A stretch of DNA of 64,000 nucleotides, from positions 124,001 to 188,000 of IMG/VR virus record IMGVR_UViG_3300028840_002431. One strand, written 5' to 3'. The notes beneath the pieces were generated by a model. That model saw only the letters and a list, made by a program, of their open reading frames with translations. It searched no databases and was not told the DNA's origin. Position numbers and translations under genes: made by a program. Shown here piece by piece: positions 53,682 through 61,343 of the stretch (position 1 is its first letter; each line of letters opens with the position of its first letter).

Positions 53682-53858
53682 ATGCCCAAAAACAAAGACC
53701 TAAAAGACCTCTGGGACCACCTCTCTGAACCCAAACCTGACATGACCTCCTGTCTCCTTTGCCTCCAAGGGGACAAGCCTTATTGTGACCCGTGTCCCAT
53801 GAAACACACCGAAAAACAGCAACTCTGGGACCACCTAAGGGGCGATTTAGGTGTATAG
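53682..53858 (+). CDS. 58-aa microprotein with two LWDHL tags (not in ORF track)
   Basis: MPKNKDLKDLWDHL...CLLC...CDPC...QQLWDHLRGDLGV. Confidence 0.65.
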   Translation: MPKNKDLKDLWDHLSEPKPDMTSCLLCLQGDKPYCDPCPMKHTEKQQLWDHLRGDLGV

Positions 53859-54812
53859 ATACTAAGGAGTTAGAATGGAAACCCTGACAAGATACTTTGT
53901 CGGCCTGAGCATCTTTCTCGCGGTGGGTATCACCGTGTTCGCTTTTGCGCCGGAAGAAGACTCCAGCCACTATGTCGGCTTCGGTTGTGCCCTCGTGGGT
54001 GTGATAATAGTTACCACGGCCTTCTTTGAATTCTACGTCAGAGAGATGAAGACTAAAGAAAAAGAGAAGGAGGCAAGGCGACGTTGATGCCTGTCTGTTT
54101 GGTGTTAGATGCCAACTTGCCAACAGTGTGCCGGGTGGTTCCCCGTCCAGAATAGATCCTTTGAGCAGTTCTTGTGCCCCGCGTGTTACCAGGATGTGTT
54201 GCGTCATCTGGCGGAACGCGCCCGGCAGATCATGGACGTAAGGCATTGTAGGGTTTGCGGGCGCACTTTGACGGAGTCGTCTCATGTGTGCTCCGCCGAC
54301 TGTGCTCTAACACTACGCAGAATTATTGCTGACGGTCGTCAGTTGGTTCAGTACGGCACGCGCACGGACTTTCTTCTCTGGGCCAGAGAACAGGGTGGAT
54401 GGAGTGAGGACGAAATTACACCTTTCGATCACCCGAGGGTTTGGGAACAAGACAGAACTGAGGCTCACCGCCTCTTCGATGACTGGGCCGGACGCACCGA
54501 AACGAACCCGATCACTCCGGATGTGCGCGTAGAAGAATGGCCTAACGTCAACATCTGCCACATCTGCCCGGCCCAGAACACGGACATGTGCTCTGCCGAG
54601 TGTGAGCACCGGAATCAGATCTTCCAACGTGTAGGCCCTGTGCCCCCGTCAGGGCCGACCTATCCAGGGGGCCGACCCGACGACAGTCGGCCAACAGACG
54701 AACAGGCCGAACTTCTCAAGGCTTTTGAGGATTTGGACAAACCCGACAAAGACCTCTGGGACCACCTCAAGAAGGAGTGACCCAGCGGTGTAGTATCTGG
54801 TAGGGTGTTAGG

Positions 54813-55070
54813 ATGCAGCACCGTTATGATGACGTTCCCGGCCACGGTAGAGTAGTCTTGAGCCACCACGCTCAGGATCGAGCCGAAGAACAACAGATCA
54901 CTGACCGTCAAATCGAGGACGTTCTGTTCGAGGGACACGACATCCCGGACGGCGACTCTACCTTGAGAGAGTTCAAGGGAATCAGGGTCGTGATCATCAC
55001 ACCGTCCCCATGGAAAGGGGCTAAACTGGTCAAAACCATATACAAGGTCTTGCCAGCGAGGATTCATTGA
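54813..55070 (+). CDS. DUF4258-like (RelE/BrnT-type fold) protein
   Basis: LSHHAQDRAEEQQITDRQIEDVLFEG...IRVVI...LVKTIY. Confidence 0.65.
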   Translation: MQHRYDDVPGHGRVVLSHHAQDRAEEQQITDRQIEDVLFEGHDIPDGDSTLREFKGIRVVIITPSPWKGAKLVKTIYKVLPARIH

Positions 55071-56253
55071 GTAAATTAGGCCCAACAGATAAACACCCCA
55101 ACGGCAAGCTCAACAAGGACGACGAAGGAGAGATTCGTTTCGCCGTTGGTTCTCACGATGGTAATGTCATCCTGGACTTCGGTTCACCGGTCGCGTGGGT
55201 GGGGATGCCGCCACCGTTGGCCCGCCAACTGGCCGCGATGTTGATTCGACACGCCAATGCTATTGAAGGACATTGATGCCAGACAAGCCGCTTTTGAGTA
55301 GGAGGGACGCTTACAGAATCCTTGGGTTCGACGAAAACGAGCGTTTCCGTAACTACGAGCTTGAGCACGAGCTTGAGAGTCAATGCGATCTGGAAGAAGG
55401 CGAGATTATTATAGGCGAATGGTGCCCGTTCAACGGTATATACTGCAAGTTCTTCGACGTAGCTCCGATCAAGGCCCTGGAAGAAGCGAAAAGAAACAGA
55501 GAGGGCCGACCCCAAGGAAATTAACATCCCCGCCATGGTCAAGAAGATCGACAAAGAGATCGACAGACGAAAGCCTCTGGACCTTTGGGATCATCTACGA
55601 GAAAGCCCCGATGAAGGTAAGATCTTCACATCACGTCAAATCCGGATGGCCAAGGGGGTACCACAATAAAACATGTTCTCCGATGCCGTTGTAAAAGAGG
55701 GCCGTCTACTTTTAGAGGCTAAGAACCTCCCTGGTTTTTACTCGTGGTGCAAGGCGCATCTCCCACGTTTGAATCAGGCCAAGATCCGGGAGATATTCGA
55801 CGACCCTCGATTGTGGGAGAAGCAGACAGGGAGTATAGATAACCGTCCTCTCAGGTACTACTACGACCTCCTACGCCGGTACAAACGGCTCGTGGAAGCA
55901 AAGAACCTCTGGGACCACCTGAGAGGGAACTGATGCCCTTCTGCTACGAGTGTGGGAGAGAATTCGCGGACGGCGGGGGTGTCGTGGTCAACGCGCTCCC
56001 CGGAGTCGTTTTTTGCTCAGCTACCTGTGTGGCTGAAAACACCCGACCATGGCCCAAATGCGAGGTGTGTGAACAACGGTTTCCCCCAACCACAGGTGTG
56101 GGTGGCGACATATGCGACCGATGCTACTCCCGAATTAATGTGAGAATAAAGCCCAAGGGCGCTAAGAAGCGCAAAGTGGACAAAAACCTCTGGGACCACC
56201 TGAAAGACTCTTAGGTTTCTCGAAGCTGGTTCGTACACCTAACGGAGAAGACG

Positions 56254-56577
56254 ATGAAGTACACGCTTTGGCTAGACGACAAGCGGTCCCCCACGTTCTA
56301 CCCCGAAGTTCCGGTAGAGCTTAAGGCGTACCCGCTTGTCTGGGCCAGGGACACAGAACAAGCCCAGACGACCGTCCAGGAGTTAGGTTTCCCGATCTTC
56401 ATGTTCCTGGACCACGACCTGGGAGGCGACGACATCTCGACGACGTTTCTCAAGTGGCTCGCCAACGAGTATCCGGAGCCGCCCGTACTCGCGTACATCG
56501 TCCTGTCGAGCAACATCCCCGGCAGCAAGAACATAATTTCGTTCATGGAGAGTTGGAAAAAGGTACAGCCGGTGTAA
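56254..56577 (+). CDS. Cyclic-phosphate-processing receiver domain protein
   Basis: LWLDDKR...FLDHDLG...WL...SSNIPG. Confidence 0.75.
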   Translation: MKYTLWLDDKRSPTFYPEVPVELKAYPLVWARDTEQAQTTVQELGFPIFMFLDHDLGGDDISTTFLKWLANEYPEPPVLAYIVLSSNIPGSKNIISFMESWKKVQPV

Positions 56578-56875
56578 TATACCGTGTGCCTTCTTATTAC
56601 CTCCTATTCCGGTCGAGCCGGGGTGACGGCGAAGCTGTCATGCTTGCGGAATCCAAGAGCGCCGCGAGAGAGAAGCTCAACAACTACCTACAAGAACCGG
56701 CGAAGTGTGCAGACATACGAGATCTCGAAGAGTCCGGAGGGGTACTCTTCTGGAACTCGCCAAAGCTTCCGCGCCGTCGCAACCTGAGTTTGGCAGAACC
56801 CGGACGCGGTGTAGACATGAGCATAGAGCCGCCCCCTTGGGGGCTTTTTCAGTGTGTTCAAGAAACGGAGGACTG

Positions 56876-57073
56876 ATGCCTAACGACCTGAAAGTAGGGG
56901 ATGTGGTAAAACTCAAGAGCGGTGGACCGTCCATGACCGTCATGTCCAAAGATGTCAGGACCGAGTTAGACGAACTTCGGTGTGGCTGGTTCGTCGAGGA
57001 GATCGAGTTCCACTCAGAGAAGTTCCCTTCCCTGGCTCTAAACAAGACAAAACGAGAAATCGATCAACCCTGA
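56876..57073 (+). CDS. YodC/DUF2158 family protein
   Basis: LKVGDVVKLKSGGPSMTV...CGWF. Confidence 0.8.
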   Translation: MPNDLKVGDVVKLKSGGPSMTVMSKDVRTELDELRCGWFVEEIEFHSEKFPSLALNKTKREIDQP

Positions 57074-57471
57074 TCGAGTTTCGCAACCCCTGTTAGAAAG
57101 CCTTCCCTGAGCTTTCGGCAAGCGGCGTCCCCACGTTTCACGCTGGTCTTGCATGAAGAGGGTCGCTTTTTGTAGATCTTACACTTCACCGAGTGCATTG
57201 GGCTGCCTTCCAGGGCCGCACATAAGAGAACCGTGTAACCTTTCACCGGGCCAGCCTGGATCTCGCGTGATTCTGACTTGATCGCCCCTACCATGTCGCT
57301 TTCCAGCGTTGCGGTCATGGGTGAGATCAGTTCTAACACATTGAAAACCTTAACGTTACGCTTCCCCCAGGAGCCGAGCCGTTTCAGTTCCCTTTGGGTC
57401 ACTTCGGCGTAGCAATCCTGTTCTTTGTGGACCCAGCAACAAAGGCCGCATTTCAGACAGTCAAACTCCAT
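57064..57471 (-). CDS. YkgJ-family CxxCxxCC cysteine-cluster protein
   Basis: CLKCGLCC...CAAL...CKIYKKRPSSC. Confidence 0.8.
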   Translation of the reverse strand: MEFDCLKCGLCCWVHKEQDCYAEVTQRELKRLGSWGKRNVKVFNVLELISPMTATLESDMVGAIKSESREIQAGPVKGYTVLLCAALEGSPMHSVKCKIYKKRPSSCKTSVKRGDAACRKLREGFLTGVAKLDQG

Positions 57472-57528
57472 AGCGTTCCTTACACACGGCCCTTGAAAAC
57501 TTCAAGGATTCCCGGTGTAATATCTAAC

Positions 57529-58077
57529 ATGTCCAGAACGTACCGCAATCTAATACTTGGCCTGGGTACCTACGAAGGGTCCCTGATGCCCACCCTCTCA
57601 GTTGCTTTCCTGGACGGTGAGTTTGAGACCCCACGTGAAATCCTACAGGCGTTTCGGGACTGTCTCATGGCACTCGTGACGGAGACCTTCAAGGACGCCC
57701 ACGCTGACACCTGTCCCCATTGTGAGCACAAGACCCGGACACTCACTGCTAACTTCTGTGAGTTCTGCGGGAAGCCGTTGAAAGACGGAGAACTCGACCT
57801 TAACGAACAGGCGTCGCTCCGTTTTGACCGGTGGTTCAAACAGGAGTTGAACGAGTTCACCGATTGGGACTTCTTCGCCATGAACGGGTGGAACGTTACC
57901 TGGACAGTCTCAGGTGGTTACGTTTCCTTGGCCGGGTTCGACCAACTTCTAGAAGAGTGGGACCCTGAGGACTGGGAGGACAACTTGGGGGAAGGCCGCT
58001 CTTGGTGGGACAACGTTTTGAGCAACGTCGAAACGGGCGAACTAAAAGTGGATGTAGACGAAGAGGACGAAGAATGA
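57529..58077 (+). CDS. Double zinc-ribbon acidic protein
   Basis: CPHC...NFCEFCGKPL; CGGTG-TAATAT ends 5 nt before the ATG. Confidence 0.65.
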   Translation: MSRTYRNLILGLGTYEGSLMPTLSVAFLDGEFETPREILQAFRDCLMALVTETFKDAHADTCPHCEHKTRTLTANFCEFCGKPLKDGELDLNEQASLRFDRWFKQELNEFTDWDFFAMNGWNVTWTVSGGYVSLAGFDQLLEEWDPEDWEDNLGEGRSWWDNVLSNVETGELKVDVDEEDEE

Positions 58078-58703
58078 TCATTCTCATATGGTTTATCAAC
58101 TTCGGGATCTCGTGGTTCAACGCATGGTCGTGCGGTCGTAGTTGGAACGAGACCAAACACTTCGGCGGCTTTCTCCATTTCATGAACTGGATGGGAGCCG
58201 TCATGAGCGCCAGCGGCTTCACGTGGTGTTATCTTGTTATCGCCGTCACGCTGGGCGGTCAGATACCCATGGAACAAGACGATGGAACCATGGCCCCGGC
58301 ACTGACCCCGGAGATGATCCAGGCCACGGCCGACCTGGGTTTCATCTTGATATACTTCCCGATCGTCGGCAGCGGAATCGTTATTACCGTACAAGCGTGG
58401 GCCGCTGCCTGGAAACGTCGGACCGCCCTCAACATGGGTGTGGCGGCCTGGGATACGTTCGCCATGGTCTACAACATCCGTCAGGGCTTTGTTCATATCC
58501 CGAGCATGTGGGGCCGTCTGGGAGACTTCTTCGGTAGCAAGGGTAGCAGTAGCTCCGACAGCAAGAGTTCCCAGACCATCGTGGTATTCATCGTGATCGC
58601 GGTAGCGCTGGCCGGTATCCTCACAACGTACGCGATAATCACGACGGTGGCCGGGCGGGTACGGCAGAAAGCCATGTGGGAACACCGGCTGGCCAGGAGT
58701 TAA
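58074..58703 (+). CDS. Multi-pass membrane protein
   Basis: About five hydrophobic segments. Confidence 0.7.
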   Translation: MIILIWFINFGISWFNAWSCGRSWNETKHFGGFLHFMNWMGAVMSASGFTWCYLVIAVTLGGQIPMEQDDGTMAPALTPEMIQATADLGFILIYFPIVGSGIVITVQAWAAAWKRRTALNMGVAAWDTFAMVYNIRQGFVHIPSMWGRLGDFFGSKGSSSSDSKSSQTIVVFIVIAVALAGILTTYAIITTVAGRVRQKAMWEHRLARS

Positions 58704-60147
58704 GTCTTAGGTTTCCGGGGCTGGGGTGTAGAGACGGTATGGGAGAGCATCAAGAGTTCAAGGCAATCCTGGCCGACATGGGTTGTGTATTCCAGAGGGC
58801 CGCTGCCGAACGTAAAAAACGCCCTGATTTCAAGGATGACGACGGGATCAAGGTGCCGGAATGGGTCCTGTTCGAACGTGAAAATGTGGTGCGGGAGGAA
58901 AGGGGCCTAGATCCAGTCTCAGCGGAAGCTGTAGCCAAGGTCGAGCAGATGGCTTGCGGGCACGTGGACTACTCCACCAAATACCCCCTCTACTGTGCCG
59001 AGTTGGCCGTTGGCCGGAATGTGGTGCCATGAATCTAAAATTGTACATAGTGAGCCGAATAGGCGGGGCGGAATACGATGAATACGACTCGTTCGCCGTC
59101 GTAGCCGATTCCGCTAAAGCCGCCCGTAAATTGGCGAGTAAGGCAGACCCGGACCCCGAAGAAAAAGGGGACTGGTTAGACCCGAGAATAACCAACTGCC
59201 GACAAGTGAAATTCGACAAGCCAGGGGTCGTGTGTGAGTCGTTCCGCTCTGGGTAGGAGGCTACCGTTGTCAAATCTAGAGATAACTGGTTTTCACTTTC
59301 GGGTCCAAGTTCTCTTCAAGATCACGATCGAAGAGCTTGAGCACATGATCCGGTGCTCCGAGATGCACTACGACTACAAATGCAAGGCCGCGTCGCAACG
59401 GGGAGGTTTCCTCTACGGCTGGCGCAACATGCTCACACACTACAATGAGGACGGAAAGCCCGAAGGGTACGAACCTTTCGTTGAGGTGCAATCGTCCTTC
59501 CGTGAGATGGATACACTCTGCAAGATCCTGGAACAAGAGAGCAGCCTGGACTCGCTCGACAGGTTAGCGGTCAGGCACGGGGAAGAACCTCGCGGCGGGC
59601 CTCGTTTACACGGCAGAGTTTACGACATGCTCAAGGCAATGCGAGAACAATCCGATCGCGTCAACGAGGAGGAGTAACATGGGTAAGTGGCCGGAAGGTA
59701 AACAAGAAACAATCATCTCGATCATCGATTCCGCCGTGACCACCACGGAGGGCAAGAACCGGTTTGCCGGGAAGCACGGCAAGGGCAACATCCTTATCCT
59801 GTCCAACGAGGACCTGGACGATGTGGTCGTTATCGTGCCGGTACCGAACAACGTCGGCGGCGACAGCGAGACTGAGGTCCAGGTCGTTATCCCCAAGGCC
59901 CACCTCAAGGCGTACGTCCGGGATATCCGATGAAAAGCGATCTATACGGTGCTTTCGGAATGGGCCTTGGCAGCGGCGGAGCGTTGGGCCTTGGCTTGGG
60001 GGCTTTCTTCCACGGAGGCTTCGAGATCGGCCTGATAGGCATTGCGGTGGGTGGAATTTGTGCCGTTCTGGGCCTCCTGGCTGTCAGTAGTCGGACCGAC
60101 GGATCGTCTAACCCTTAGATTCCACACAAACCTGGAGTAAGAACAGT

Positions 60148-60675
60148 ATGCTCAAGATCACAATCAGCCCAGACAACCTGGAGTTTTCCTACGATCCCGA
60201 GTGTCAAAAGCAGGTCCTGGTCCTGAGGGGGCTACCCGGTTCCGGGAAGAGTTTCATAGCCGACTCGTTCAGGGGCAGAGCGATCCGCAAAAACGACGAC
60301 CAAACGGTCGTCTGCTCGACCGATGACTTTTTCATGGTCGATGGTCTCTACCGGTTCGACCCGACTCAGCTAACTGAGGCCCACCACACGTGTTTCCGGA
60401 AGTTCACACAGGCGGTAGACAGGGACGTGGAGATCGTCGTCGTTGACAACACGAACATCTACGCGGCCGAGTTCGCGCCGTACGTCACCTACGCGGCGTC
60501 TCGTGAATACGAGGTCAAGATCCTGACCGTCTGGTGCGGCCTGGAAACGGCCTTCGAGCGTCAGAGCCACAACGTTCCGATCGAGGTCCTGATCAAGATG
60601 TACGCGGCACTACTCAAGAACGATGTTGTGCCTCCTTACTTCCAGCACGAGGTCTTGTACAACGGGTGGCGTTGA
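60148..60675 (+). CDS. P-loop polynucleotide kinase-like protein (AAA_33/N4BP2-like)
   Basis: VLRGLPGSGKS Walker A; CSTDDFF; VVVDNTN. Confidence 0.8.
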   Translation: MLKITISPDNLEFSYDPECQKQVLVLRGLPGSGKSFIADSFRGRAIRKNDDQTVVCSTDDFFMVDGLYRFDPTQLTEAHHTCFRKFTQAVDRDVEIVVVDNTNIYAAEFAPYVTYAASREYEVKILTVWCGLETAFERQSHNVPIEVLIKMYAALLKNDVVPPYFQHEVLYNGWR

Positions 60676-60700
60676 CAGCCGCAGTTGACCCATGTATCGT
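60672..60700 (+). promoter_or_regulatory. Sigma70-type promoter
   Basis: TTGACA-N17-TATCGT. Confidence 0.55.
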
Positions 60701-60710
60701 CCGGCTTTCC

Positions 60711-60804
60711 GCAACCGGTCGGGGGCGCACTCATCAAGGCCCTGACGAGAGTCTTGGTGCCCGCCATCTTAATCGGAGCGACCCGACAAGACCCGGCCGG
60801 TTGC
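60711..60804 (+). ncRNA. Candidate small structured RNA
   Basis: 13-bp closing stem with U-G pair, internal 9-bp stem, downstream of the promoter. Confidence 0.5.
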
Positions 60805-60845
60805 ATTAAATCTTAGGAACGGGGGCGGCCGATGGTAGGTATGGT

Positions 60846-61343
60846 ATGCCCACAGCTAAAGAAGTAGCTTTCGAGATTCATCGGGACGCGATGTACGGCG
60901 ACCAGCCGTACTCAGTCCACCTGGATGAGGTTGTTACCGTGATGTCCCGTTACGGTGTCCGCGAGCACGACCTCCTGGACGCCGGTTATCTGCACGACAG
61001 CATCGAGGACACGCCGACCACGAAAGAGGACCTGGAGCGCCTCGTGGGGCCAACAGTGGCCCGGATCGTGGACGCTGTGACCGACGGCAAAGGTAAGAAC
61101 CGGGAAGAGCGTAAGGAGCGTCCCTATCGTCTTATCCCCAAGGTCTATGGTGCCCTGACTGTGAAGCTGGCCGACCGCGTCGCGAACGTGGAAGCCACGA
61201 TCAAGAACGGCAAAACCGGACTGTTCGAGATGTACAAGAAGGAACAACCCGAGTTCCGGCGTCGGCTTCGTGCCGCTCCTGGAAAAATAGAGTCGTCTCC
61301 GGAACGGCGGATGTGGAACCGGCTGGCCGAGCTTCTAGGCTAA
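60846..61343 (+). CDS. HD-domain protein, RelA/SpoT small alarmone hydrolase-like
   Basis: H...PYSVHL...AGYLHDSIEDT...VKLADRVAN. Confidence 0.8.
   Translation: MPTAKEVAFEIHRDAMYGDQPYSVHLDEVVTVMSRYGVREHDLLDAGYLHDSIEDTPTTKEDLERLVGPTVARIVDAVTDGKGKNREERKERPYRLIPKVYGALTVKLADRVANVEATIKNGKTGLFEMYKKEQPEFRRRLRAAPGKIESSPERRMWNRLAELLG

Larger units (their letters stand above)
37063..56214 (+). other. Co-oriented array of about 70 small ORFs, about 44 carrying the LWDHL-type tag, many with Zn fingers
   Basis: Translation of consecutive + strand ORFs; frequent stop/start overlaps. Confidence 0.85.

Noticed and set aside
37063-56214. LWDHL as a purely DNA/RNA repeat (CTCTGGGACCACCT, loosely like the 16S rRNA 3' end or an attC-type site)
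   Set aside because: Synonymous codon variation, conservative amino-acid changes and strict frame conservation favour a peptide motif. A secondary role as recombination microhomology is not excluded.
60741-60750. Hammerhead ribozyme core (CTGACGA)
   Set aside because: No GAAA and no three-stem junction in the required positions.
58660-61343. AMWEHR (58074-58703) and RMWNRL (60846-61343) as tag copies
   Set aside because: Too divergent from the consensus; not counted.
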